Source: Promethearchaeota archaeon
GTDB lineage: Archaea; Asgardarchaeota; Thorarchaeia; Thorarchaeales; Thorarchaeaceae
Length of the DNA: 64,000 nt
Assembly: GCA_014728035.1 (NCBI GenBank)
Contig: WJMJ01000131.1
Location: forward strand, 1-64,000
Reading direction: 5' to 3'
Shown: one piece after another, positions 37,423-46,662 of the stretch
Position numbering within the stretch: the stretch's first letter is position 1
Layout: every line of letters begins with the position of its first letter
Position numbers and translations under genes: made by a program
The notes under the pieces: model-generated
The model's database searches: none
Told to the model about the DNA's origin: nothing
Seen by the model: the letters and a program-made list of their open reading frames with translations, nothing else

Positions 37423-38175
37423 TTATTCCGTTCCAGATTCCAATAATGCCTTTATTTCATCATGGGTCAATCTTTCAAACTCTTTTGTCTTAACTGGAAT
37501 CTTTGCAATCTCAACATTTTCAGGAGTCAGTTCAGTGTTTCCAGTTTCTCGTAAAGCTGCAAGAGCCAGTTCAACTCCCTTAGACACGGTGACGGATGGT
37601 TTGTAATGTTCTTCTAAGTATGCACCTGCACGAGAACTACCACGACCAATAACCGTTGCCATATAACCCCAAGAAGTGCCTACTGGATCAGTGACTATCA
37701 GTTGAGGTGAATCATCAAAATCCACCGAACTGATTATCATAGCAACACCAAAGGGTCTTCCAGGTGGTAGTTGACTATAATCGGGCAGTTCCAATGCAAT
37801 GGATAAACGAGCTGCTTTCACCTCACAGATGAAATCAGCTAGTGCTTCTGCAGTTATTGGTTCATCATAGCTCAACCAGTAAGACTGAGTATGAGTCCGC
37901 GCTTCGCGAATAAGATATCTTGCATCGGCCATAAGACCTGATGTCGCAACAGCAATGTGTGAATCTATCTTTGAAATCTTTTCTACACTATCTGGTTCTT
38001 GTAGAGGCATGAGTTTCTTTTCGGCTAATAATACAACACCATCTTTACAAAGAATGCCGATTGATGTTGCACCTTGTTCTACTGCCTTCTTCGCATATTC
38101 GGCAGCAAATATACGCCCATCTGGGCTAAATACACTGGTGGACATGTCATATCCACGACCCGAGATTCCAAACAC
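37423..38175 (-). CDS. psmA: Proteasome subunit alpha
   Basis: GYDMSTSVFSPDGRI, SGLMADAR, RPFGV and TDPVG. GTG start at 38175 with a GGAGG SD at 38186-38190. Confidence 0.95.
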   Translation of the reverse strand: MFGISGRGYDMSTSVFSPDGRIFAAEYAKKAVEQGATSIGILCKDGVVLLAEKKLMPLQEPDSVEKISKIDSHIAVATSGLMADARYLIREARTHTQSYWLSYDEPITAEALADFICEVKAARLSIALELPDYSQLPPGRPFGVAMIISSVDFDDSPQLIVTDPVGTSWGYMATVIGRGSSRAGAYLEEHYKPSVTVSKGVELALAALRETGNTELTPENVEIAKIPVKTKEFERLTHDEIKALLESGTE

Positions 38176-38394
38176 TGTATAGATTCCTCCATAAGTCATT
38201 AATTGCAAATCGAAAGTCAGAACCTCAAAGGGCGAATCCTGACAGTTCCGAATCATCCTAATGCCAGATGTGGCAGATATTGATTGCCCATAGCATTGAT
38301 AATTGCATTAGGCTCAAAAGCTTAAGGCTTTAAATAACTCATAAAGCTTCTGGTACTGCAAATAAATAAGGAGGGATTGGACTCGTAGTCCAAA

Positions 38395-38793
38395 TCACCT
38401 TTGAATCATATAGAAATACGAGAGAACACCGAGGGATGCGATGAACGTTGCTGCAGCCAATTCGGGACTGAACATGAGATAAGACATAGCTGTAACAATG
38501 ATTATGAGTACAATAATCTCGGTCCATCCTGCTCGGATACCACTAATCATTAGACGTAGGTTGAAAGCTGAAATCGAAGCAAAGAAGAAGAATCCAATCA
38601 TAACAAGGAGTTCGAGACCCCATAGAACCCAAGGATTAAGATCCTGAATAGCACCGACAGGACTGGTATCAATAACATCCGGGGAAGACCACGCCCATAA
38701 TGTCAGAGCGACCACTAATAATATGATGGACAACAATATAGTTACTACATTAGAACGCATTAGTTCACTTTTTTCAGGAGTATTACCGCTCAC
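38395..38793 (-). CDS. Small hypothetical membrane protein (4 TM)
   Basis: Four hydrophobic segments, with a GGTG SD upstream. Confidence 0.7.
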   Translation of the reverse strand: MSGNTPEKSELMRSNVVTILLSIILLVVALTLWAWSSPDVIDTSPVGAIQDLNPWVLWGLELLVMIGFFFFASISAFNLRLMISGIRAGWTEIIVLIIIVTAMSYLMFSPELAAATFIASLGVLSYFYMIQR

Positions 38794-38866
38794 TATGAGT
38801 CACACCGACCTTGATTCGCGAAACAAAGATATTCCCACTTAAAGATACCGACAGAGCTAGTATCGT

Positions 38867-39823
38867 CTAGTCATGGTTATGCTCGTGCTCATGGGCTTGT
38901 TCAGCAGATGCGGAGAGAGCTTCGTAGAAAGTGTCAGATAGGTCTTCTTCTTCGGGGAATTCAGTATCAAAATCAGCGTTCACTCTGTCACGGAACCGTT
39001 TGATTTGCATTGTAACGACATAGATTAGAGCAGCAATTATTCCAGCGATAGCGCTTGGAGATGCTTGTATTGTTAACGATGCAAAGAGCCCTACAACTTC
39101 CGAAACCAGTGCAAAGAAGAACACAGTGACCATAACACCACGTACTGAACGCATGACCTCATTCGAGGCAGCCGCTGGTGCAACCATAATGGCATAAACC
39201 AAAATAGCCCCGACTGCTTTTGTTGCAAAAGCAATCGCTAAAGCTGAAGTGATGAGCATAAGATAATGATATGCTCGGGCATTCAGCCCATGTGCGATAG
39301 AACCTTCCATATCAACACTGACATAGACATATTCCTTGTTGAAAAGTAATGCGATCAATACTAGGATAATTGCTGTGCCACCCAGTAATACGACATCCAA
39401 GTTATCCAGTAGAAGAATATCACCAACAAGATATCCCCAAACCTGAGGCACCTGCGTTGGAGGAATATAGTGTAATAAAAAGACTGCAATACTCATGGAT
39501 AGAGCAAAAGAAACCCCAACTGCAACCTCCATCTTTTGAGAGATGCCGCTTTCGCCAGCATAGCCAGTGACTACCGCGACTAACACACTGAATATAAGAG
39601 ATCCCAGAACGGGATCAAACCAAGGCAAGATGCCAGAATATTGTAAGAACATACCAAGCGCAGCGCCGCCTAATGCAGCATGAGCTACACCAGCGGTCAT
39701 AAAGGACAGGCCTCGAAACACTAGAAATGTTCCACTTGTCGATGCTACAACTGCAATAAGAATAGAGGCAATGAGAGCCCTTTGAAAAAAAGGAATAGCA
39801 AATAATTGTATTAGATCATTCAT
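38867..39823 (-). CDS. znuB: Zn/Mn ABC transporter permease (ZnuB-like)
   Basis: FFQRALIA, GLSFMTAGVAHAALGG, YLVGDIL, VGAILV..PAAA and a His-rich tail. Confidence 0.9.
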   Translation of the reverse strand: MNDLIQLFAIPFFQRALIASILIAVVASTSGTFLVFRGLSFMTAGVAHAALGGAALGMFLQYSGILPWFDPVLGSLIFSVLVAVVTGYAGESGISQKMEVAVGVSFALSMSIAVFLLHYIPPTQVPQVWGYLVGDILLLDNLDVVLLGGTAIILVLIALLFNKEYVYVSVDMEGSIAHGLNARAYHYLMLITSALAIAFATKAVGAILVYAIMVAPAAASNEVMRSVRGVMVTVFFFALVSEVVGLFASLTIQASPSAIAGIIAALIYVVTMQIKRFRDRVNADFDTEFPEEEDLSDTFYEALSASAEQAHEHEHNHD

Positions 39824-40622
39824 GTCTATCAATTCCAGAATCATGTGTGACACAGTATCTATGGCCAGCATACTCGACTATTCGAGCAGTAGGCCCGTAT
39901 ACTTTAGTCAATAATTCTACATCCATGATTGAACAGGGAGCGCCAATTCCAATCACGGTTCGTTTTAGAAGCAACACACTTCGAACCATTTTATGAATAG
40001 GATTCAAGTCATGTGTGACCATAATTATACTCACATCATTATTCTGATGGTATTCTTCAAGTGCGTCGACAATCAATCGCTGGCTTTCAGCATCTGTTCC
40101 AGCTAGTGGCTCATCAAGAATGAGGATACTGCCTTTTCCTGCAAGGGCTCGTGCAACTAGCACTCTTTGTCTTTGCCCTCCAGAAAGTTCAGGAAAAGGC
40201 CGTTCCCACAACTCCAACATATCTACTTGTTTAAGAGCTTCTTTTGCAATCCGCTTGTCTTTAGATGATGCGAAACGTGGAGGTGATTTTTTCAATAACC
40301 GCCCCATAAGTGCAATATCTTTGACTTTCATAGGAATATTTAGACCAATTTGGTCGCGTTGGGGCACATAACGAACCATCCTCTGGATTTTATGGCTATC
40401 ACGTACCGAATCATACCCCATCATTTTGATGAATCCTCTAGTAGGTTGTATCAATCCCAAAGCGGCCTTGAGAAGAGTACTTTTCCCAGATCCGTTGGGA
40501 CCAATAATAGCCATGAAACTGGGAGATTCAACACTGAAATTCACATGATGAAGTGCATATTCCCCATTCGGATATCGTACAGCTAGGTCTTTGACATCAA
40601 ACAATAGGTTTGATTCACTCAC
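39816..40622 (-). CDS. znuC: Zn/Mn ABC transporter ATPase (ZnuC-like)
   Basis: GPNGSGKST, YVPQR, LSGGQRQRVLVARAL, LDEP and VTHDL. Confidence 0.92.
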   Translation of the reverse strand: MSESNLLFDVKDLAVRYPNGEYALHHVNFSVESPSFMAIIGPNGSGKSTLLKAALGLIQPTRGFIKMMGYDSVRDSHKIQRMVRYVPQRDQIGLNIPMKVKDIALMGRLLKKSPPRFASSKDKRIAKEALKQVDMLELWERPFPELSGGQRQRVLVARALAGKGSILILDEPLAGTDAESQRLIVDALEEYHQNNDVSIIMVTHDLNPIHKMVRSVLLLKRTVIGIGAPCSIMDVELLTKVYGPTARIVEYAGHRYCVTHDSGIDRHE

Positions 40623-41020
40623 TCAACTTTGCCCCCGATGAGGGCCATATGTAATCGGGTCATATGAATTTCCCCTTTGATTTCTTTTACGAAAGCCTTC
40701 ACCTCTTCAGCATCACCTTTCACAATCATTATCTCGATATTCTCTCCGGTGTTCGATTTAGTGTGCATCACAGTTGACACTATCGAACCATAATTATCGA
40801 GAATTGATTTTGATTGAAATCCCTTTAGGGTCTTATTGTATACAGCAGTCGCTACTACTGTTACTTCTCCCTTAATCTTGTCAAGGTCTTGGTGGCGAGA
40901 AAGTAATATCTGAATTGCTTGTCGCACTACATCAGATCTACTGTTGAAACCACCCTCTTCCCTAAGAAATTCAAGTTCTTCTAAATCGGACTCGGGCATT
41001 GAAACAGCTACTATAGGCAT
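40619..41020 (-). CDS. NikR/CopG family ribbon-helix-helix regulator
   Basis: MPIVAVSMP..LEEL...GGFNSRSDVVRQAI plus an ACT-like C-terminus. Confidence 0.85.
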   Translation of the reverse strand: MPIVAVSMPESDLEELEFLREEGGFNSRSDVVRQAIQILLSRHQDLDKIKGEVTVVATAVYNKTLKGFQSKSILDNYGSIVSTVMHTKSNTGENIEIMIVKGDAEEVKAFVKEIKGEIHMTRLHMALIGGKVE

Positions 41021-41158
41021 TACTATCATCTCTTTTGTGTTCTGTAACTTGCTCAGGCTATTTAGTAGAACATAAACCATTAATAACATTGCTGGAAAAA
41101 ACATTAGGATGCATTTATAGAAATAAAGTGCTGTCATTATCGAAAAGGTGTTGAGGTT

Positions 41159-42226
41159 TTGAAACAAAAAATCAGGATTACATTATTGATACTATTGTTA
41201 TTTTCAGGCGTGATTTGCTCCTTATTTCCATCTACTACAGCTCAAGAGAGTCCAGTTCTCAAAGTAGCTGTATCAGTTACTCCCTTGGCAGGGTTGGTAG
41301 AAGCAACAGGAGGGGACCTAGTCGAGATATTTACGCTATTACCAGAAGGGATAGAACCCCATGTCGCTCAACTTCCTCAAGATGCAATCAATGCAGCTGA
41401 AGAAGCAGATTTGTTAGTTTTCACAGGACATTTCCCATGGGAAGAAAGTCTGGCTGACACAGTCGATACACCATACATTGACCTTGAAGATTTCGAACAA
41501 TATGGTGCTGAACTTCTGCCATTTCCAGGCGAAGAACATGACCACGCACTTGCGCAGGATGAACATGATCATGAGGGGAATCCTCATGGATTTTGGTTGT
41601 TGCCAGATAATGCAATTGCAATTGCTAATGCCACCAGAGTAGCTTTTACTAGTCTGAATTCAACATATACAGAAACATGGAACGACAATTTTGCCCAGTT
41701 CGTTGAGCGGGTAGATTCGTTTCAAGGGTTAGTAGCTGCAATGGATTCCGAGTATGATTTCTCATCACTAACAGCAGTAGTTGTTTTTCCAGCTGAAGCA
41801 TATGTTGCAGAAACCTTCGGGATAGAGCCAATAGGTGTTCTTCAGGAGGGAGAAAATACCTTCATCTCAGGAGGAGAATTATTAGAGGTTCAAGAGGGTT
41901 TGAGAAACGGGAGTATTGACATGATTATCGGGTCTGAAGTCGCATTACTCCAAGCGGGAGGAGAATTTGCCACTCAATTATCACAAGATACAGACTCTTC
42001 TTTGGCATGGATTAGAACCCTGTCATTTCCAGAGATGAATGATTACATTTCACTAATGACATACAATCTTGGAGCCGTAATCAACAGTTTGAATCAAGCA
42101 GAAGCTTCAGCCGGAGAAGGAACCCTCACACTTGTACTAGTAGGGATTTCGGGGGGTTTAGCAGTTATTGCTATTCTTGAAGCAGTCATATTAATTCAAC
42201 GCGCCAGAACCGAAGAGGACTTCTAA
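41159..42226 (+). CDS. znuA: Zn/Mn ABC transporter substrate-binding protein (ZnuA-like), C-terminally anchored
   Basis: Signal peptide, LLPEGIEPH, His-rich loop EEHDH..DEHDHEGNPHGFWL and a C-terminal TM. Confidence 0.9.
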   Translation: MKQKIRITLLILLLFSGVICSLFPSTTAQESPVLKVAVSVTPLAGLVEATGGDLVEIFTLLPEGIEPHVAQLPQDAINAAEEADLLVFTGHFPWEESLADTVDTPYIDLEDFEQYGAELLPFPGEEHDHALAQDEHDHEGNPHGFWLLPDNAIAIANATRVAFTSLNSTYTETWNDNFAQFVERVDSFQGLVAAMDSEYDFSSLTAVVVFPAEAYVAETFGIEPIGVLQEGENTFISGGELLEVQEGLRNGSIDMIIGSEVALLQAGGEFATQLSQDTDSSLAWIRTLSFPEMNDYISLMTYNLGAVINSLNQAEASAGEGTLTLVLVGISGGLAVIAILEAVILIQRARTEEDF

Positions 42227-42237
42227 CAGACCAAATA

Positions 42238-42555
42238 TTAGGCATCAACCTTGGTGCCTAATCTCATATTATATACTTGGAATTCTAATTCTGTAAGTTC
42301 ATCTTGTAGTATACGATATTTTTCATCAAATTCCTCTGGACTAATAGTACCAGACTTCTTCTCACGAACTAGACTCTTGAGTTCTTTCTGACGTTTTTGA
42401 ATCTCAGCTTTGAGTTGTTCCCAACGTTCCTTGTTTGAAGACATGGAAGATGCCCAAGATTTGCTGGATTTTGCGTCTTGCTCAAGTTGTTCTACCATAT
42501 CATCAAGAGATTTCTTGATAGTTGCTGGATCGTTCTTCTTTTCTTTTTCACTCAA
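42238..42555 (-). CDS. Coiled-coil hypothetical protein
   Basis: Charged heptad-rich ORF (open to 42630; likely TTG start, MSEKEKK). Confidence 0.65.
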   Translation of the reverse strand: MSEKEKKNDPATIKKSLDDMVEQLEQDAKSSKSWASSMSSNKERWEQLKAEIQKRQKELKSLVREKKSGTISPEEFDEKYRILQDELTELEFQVYNMRLGTKVDA

Positions 42556-42610
42556 ACCTGACACCTGCACAAGAGTAGAAGTCAGGAAATATATGCCTTC
42601 AGATAAGACG

Positions 42611-43546
42611 TTATGGGAAAATAACCGCAAAGAAAGGAATTACTGGTAACAGCAGCAAGGTTCCAATAGTTACGGCTGTGGCAGCAGTTTCATGGTCCAA
42701 ATCAAACCCTGCCGCCAGAATTACAGTAATCACTGCGGGAGGCATCATTGCTTGAAGTAACAACACCTGTGTAGTGACTTCAGACAATCCTGCAAAGAAA
42801 AGAACTAGTGCAATAAAGAAAGGCACAATAAGTTGTCTAATTCCGATCGCTTCCACAGCTGCTCGTAAATCACTCAAAAGGAATTTACTACCAACGCCAA
42901 TTCCAACCACAAATAGAGAGAGATATGTAGTAATCTGCCCGTTCCAGAAGAGCAGGGGTTCAAACACTAAAGGTATTGAAACACTAAATGCAAGCAACAC
43001 AATACCTAGCAGAACAGTCAAGAAAGGTGGAAAAGTGATTGCTTTTTTCACCTGTTCCTGCCATTTTACTTCGTTTCCACTGAAATGAGCTGCTATCAAA
43101 GGTCCCAAAGTTGTAATCAATGTCATCTGAGTGATTGAAAAAAATGCAACAACTGCAATTCCAGCATCCCCAATAAACATCAAGATGAGAGGAACAGGGA
43201 GAAATATCCCATTATTGAATCCAGCACATAATAGTAGAGCTCCTTTTTTGGGATTGGGTGTTTCAGTGGTCCTGAATCTTATCAGCATAAAGCCTATTCC
43301 GAGAATATGAATAAGAAGAGTTATCGAAATGATTGCAGGTACTTCAAGAACAGTACTTGTCGGTGCAGTAAGAAGTGTTTGTAAAACCAGAATCGGTAAC
43401 ATGATATTGAGCAATATTTTTGTCAAAATCTTGTTGATTGATTCTGCTTTCTGATACAGTTTCACAAAAAGATAGCCTATCAAAATAGGTATGTAGAACA
43501 AAGTAAGTTTGATAGTGAAATCCATGATTGCTTGAATCTGCAACAC
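42611..43546 (-). CDS. AEC family (auxin efflux carrier-like) transporter
   Basis: About 10 TM segments, GFNNGIFLPVPL and LLQAMMPPA. Confidence 0.88.
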   Translation of the reverse strand: MLQIQAIMDFTIKLTLFYIPILIGYLFVKLYQKAESINKILTKILLNIMLPILVLQTLLTAPTSTVLEVPAIISITLLIHILGIGFMLIRFRTTETPNPKKGALLLCAGFNNGIFLPVPLILMFIGDAGIAVVAFFSITQMTLITTLGPLIAAHFSGNEVKWQEQVKKAITFPPFLTVLLGIVLLAFSVSIPLVFEPLLFWNGQITTYLSLFVVGIGVGSKFLLSDLRAAVEAIGIRQLIVPFFIALVLFFAGLSEVTTQVLLLQAMMPPAVITVILAAGFDLDHETAATAVTIGTLLLLPVIPFFAVIFP

Positions 43547-43593
43547 CCAATTATTTCGAAATCAGTCATGTAAAAAGACAGTCGATATACGCA

Positions 43594-45384
43594 CTAGATT
43601 CCATCGAGTTGAAGATTCTTTAAAGCCTTCAAAGAGGGGATACCTGAAGCCCGGTCCCATTTACGATATCGATAATATTCATCCAATTGAGATTCAAGAT
43701 CAGGTACACTTTCTTCAATGATGCTATCTTTCAATGGTTGAAGTAGTGGTTTAGGTAATGTATCTTGTTTTGGTTTGAAACCAAGACGCAGATTGATTAG
43801 ACGTTTCAGAGTAACCCCTCTGGCACCAATATGGGGAATATCTTGAATAGAATAGTTTGAGCCAATTGCAAAATTAAGTAAATCAATCAGGTCAGCCAAT
43901 GGAAATATCGGAAAATGACAAACAATTACAGAATCACAAAATGCCCTGAAATCTTGAACTCGCGCTACTAGTTCCCCTTTGCCAGTATTGTCCAGTCGGT
44001 CTCCAGAATTTATTCCGAGCTCGGGGTATTCAACATCCATAGCCACTGCGAAAACATCACTCTCAGTATGTGCTGCACCTCGAGCTGCGATTGCATATGT
44101 AGTAGCCATTCCAACAAAAGCACGTGGATCGTGATAGGGGATATCAAGTCCCTTCACATGGAGAGCTTGGTCAAGAGAATCAATTTTTTGTGCAAATTGG
44201 ACGATTCCGTTGGCAAGACTATCTCCAAAACCTCTGCGATGGGAAATTTCTACTATCAAATCATAGACAAGCTGAGAATCACCCCATTGAAGATTATGGC
44301 CTGATGCCTTACTACTTAATCTACCACATTTGGTCATAGAAATGGCAAATCCGATAACACCACCCGTACTGATGGTATCAATTCCCATCTCATTGCATAG
44401 ATGATTCAATCTAGCAATATCAGGCAGATTATCAATTAGTAGATTTGTCCCAAAAGCAGCAATTGTTTGGAATTCAGGCCCCATAACAGCATCTTCAGAT
44501 ACAGCTAGCTCTACTTTGCGTCCACAGCCTATTGGACAGGAATAACAGGCATTTCTACCAACCAAGATATCCTTCATTGCATCTGCATTAATTCTGTCAA
44601 CATCGAACTCTGCATCTTGGAAGTACCGAATTGGCATGTCATTGTGCAACATACCCCGGGTAACATACATAGCAGTCCCTTGCTTTGATAACATCTCATG
44701 ATTTCTTCGTAGTGATTTTCCGACTTTTCGAGCTAATTCTTTGAACTTGTGTGGATACGCCAGCAATATTGGCTGAGAACCTTGCACTGCAAGTGCTTTT
44801 AGATTCTTAGAGCCCATTACAGCCCCAAGCCCACATCGTGCAGCAACACGCCCATCATGATTGATACCCGCAAAATGAACCAAATTTTCACCGGCAGGCC
44901 CAATTGTGGCAACTTCACATCTGCCAACTTCTTCTCTAATACTCTGTTGAGTCTCGCTAGTGGTCATTCCCCATAAGCTCTCGGCGGATCTAATTTCGAT
45001 TTGTTGTTCAGTTATGTGAAGATAACACGGATTTTCAGATTGGCCAATTACAAGCACCCCATCCAGACCAGCGAACTTCAATTCCGCACCAAATCTACCA
45101 CCAACATGAGATTCACCCCAAAGGCCAGTAAGGGGTGACCTTCCACACACAACATGTCTACCTGAGCATGGAGCTGATGTGCCAGTAAGAGGACCCGTCA
45201 TGAATAATAATGGACTGGAGGGGGAAAGGGGGTCAGATGAGGTTGTAGAAAAATCATATAAAATACGAGCAGCAAGACCACTACCACCAAGAAATTGGTC
45301 TAAGAAAGATCTGCGGGGTTTTACTACCTGTGTCATCTTCTTTGTTAGATCGGCTACTAGAATTCTATCACAATGTCCATTCAT
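43594..45384 (-). CDS. aor: Tungsten-dependent aldehyde:ferredoxin oxidoreductase family protein
   Basis: FLGGSG, RSPLTG, IGPAGENLV, AARCGLGAVMGSKNLKA, CYSCPIGC, GIDTISTG and HDPR. Confidence 0.93.
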   Translation of the reverse strand: MNGHCDRILVADLTKKMTQVVKPRRSFLDQFLGGSGLAARILYDFSTTSSDPLSPSSPLLFMTGPLTGTSAPCSGRHVVCGRSPLTGLWGESHVGGRFGAELKFAGLDGVLVIGQSENPCYLHITEQQIEIRSAESLWGMTTSETQQSIREEVGRCEVATIGPAGENLVHFAGINHDGRVAARCGLGAVMGSKNLKALAVQGSQPILLAYPHKFKELARKVGKSLRRNHEMLSKQGTAMYVTRGMLHNDMPIRYFQDAEFDVDRINADAMKDILVGRNACYSCPIGCGRKVELAVSEDAVMGPEFQTIAAFGTNLLIDNLPDIARLNHLCNEMGIDTISTGGVIGFAISMTKCGRLSSKASGHNLQWGDSQLVYDLIVEISHRRGFGDSLANGIVQFAQKIDSLDQALHVKGLDIPYHDPRAFVGMATTYAIAARGAAHTESDVFAVAMDVEYPELGINSGDRLDNTGKGELVARVQDFRAFCDSVIVCHFPIFPLADLIDLLNFAIGSNYSIQDIPHIGARGVTLKRLINLRLGFKPKQDTLPKPLLQPLKDSIIEESVPDLESQLDEYYRYRKWDRASGIPSLKALKNLQLDGI

Positions 45385-45574
45385 CGCAATACCTCACAAT
45401 TCTACTTTTGCTAGAGAAGCAAATCCTTGATGGATATGCAATCTATCTTATTACATATAGGTGATAAAAGGTGTCTGAATCTTCGTGAATAACGGATACA
45501 CTTGTATAAAATTAGATTCTATGACAGAAATAAACAAGTAACTAGCGCAGGTCAATTATTGAACACACAAGATG

Positions 45575-45606
45575 AAAAAGAAAAGCCCTGAGCACATTCT
45601 CAGGGC
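45575..45606 (-). terminator. Hairpin plus U-tract terminator
   Basis: GCCCTGAG-6nt-CTCAGGGC followed on the - strand by TTTTCTTTTTC. Confidence 0.7.
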
Positions 45607-45630
45607 GTCAATTTACTACTTTGTAGTTTG

Positions 45631-46548
45631 TTATGATGAATTCTCCTGACCGGTAAGAGTTTCACTCCCATAGTGTCTAAGAAGGGGAATTGCAATAGCC
45701 CATGGCAATATACCAACAACAAACGCTAAAGCAACAGGAATTATTGCCATTAGAAACAAACTGACGATATTGTTAATGGCATGGAATATGATGCAGATGA
45801 ATACACTCTCAGTATTGTTGTACAACCAAGTGTAAATCACAGCAATCCCAACCATCGTTAACACATTGAAGAATAACACCTGAATTATTGACACGATTGC
45901 AACAATCAGAAATCCTTCAGCGGGGATATCTGCAGGAAGGTTTGTAATTGTATTAAAGATCAGAAAAGGCCAATGCCAAATGCTCCAAACAACACCTAAC
46001 TTGTAACTAGCTTTCTCAGCTGTCATATTACTCATCATTTCTGGCAATGCGAATCCTCGCCATCCTGGTTCCTCAAATCCACTAGTGAATATCTGATAAA
46101 TAATAAGTGGTAGAAGATATTGTATGGGAACAGCTAATTCCAATGGAGTCGGAAGAGGTATATCAGCAACCAATGCAATCATCAAAGCTGGTACTGTAAG
46201 AATAAAGGGGATGATGAAAATTGCAAGATAGTACCTTTTGTCAACTTTCCATTTCTTCATTCTAGAGAATAAATCTGACAGGCCTTCTCGACCATTTGTT
46301 GTTAACAGAACTGTAATAGCAGCAATCAAAGGACCATACACACCAATTGCGAATACAATAGAAATGATGGCATGTTCTGAGTTTACAAAACCAGTCTGGA
46401 TAATCTGCCCAAATGTACTATGATTAAGAAGACTATAACCATTCAAATATGCAATAATTGATGTGGGAATCCAGCATAGAGCAGTGAATATAATTGCTAT
46501 CGCGAAATAGGAGTTTAGTGGTTTCTTTTTTATAAGCGCGGTTACCAT
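45631..46548 (-). CDS. CPBP (CAAX protease/Abi) family intramembrane metalloprotease
   Basis: EEPGWRGF, WSIWHWP and IIFHAINN. Confidence 0.92.
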   Translation of the reverse strand: MVTALIKKKPLNSYFAIAIIFTALCWIPTSIIAYLNGYSLLNHSTFGQIIQTGFVNSEHAIISIVFAIGVYGPLIAAITVLLTTNGREGLSDLFSRMKKWKVDKRYYLAIFIIPFILTVPALMIALVADIPLPTPLELAVPIQYLLPLIIYQIFTSGFEEPGWRGFALPEMMSNMTAEKASYKLGVVWSIWHWPFLIFNTITNLPADIPAEGFLIVAIVSIIQVLFFNVLTMVGIAVIYTWLYNNTESVFICIIFHAINNIVSLFLMAIIPVALAFVVGILPWAIAIPLLRHYGSETLTGQENSS

Positions 46549-46662
46549 GGTAATCGAAACAACGCAAAAAACGACCCCTTAGTAAGAGTTTCTAAATGAA
46601 TCATAAAACTGACAACTTATTACTTGCTTTCGAAGTTCAAAGAGGATGAGGAATTTAGTACG

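Noticed and set aside
37780-37815. Strict BHB intron in psmA
   Set aside because: No complementary 4-bp helix at a 30-nt offset and no clean 3-nt bulges; kept only as a weaker finding.
41081-41139. NikR-type inverted repeat (TAATAACA...TGTCATTA)
   Set aside because: Imperfect, widely spaced and in an AT-rich background; not distinguishable from chance.
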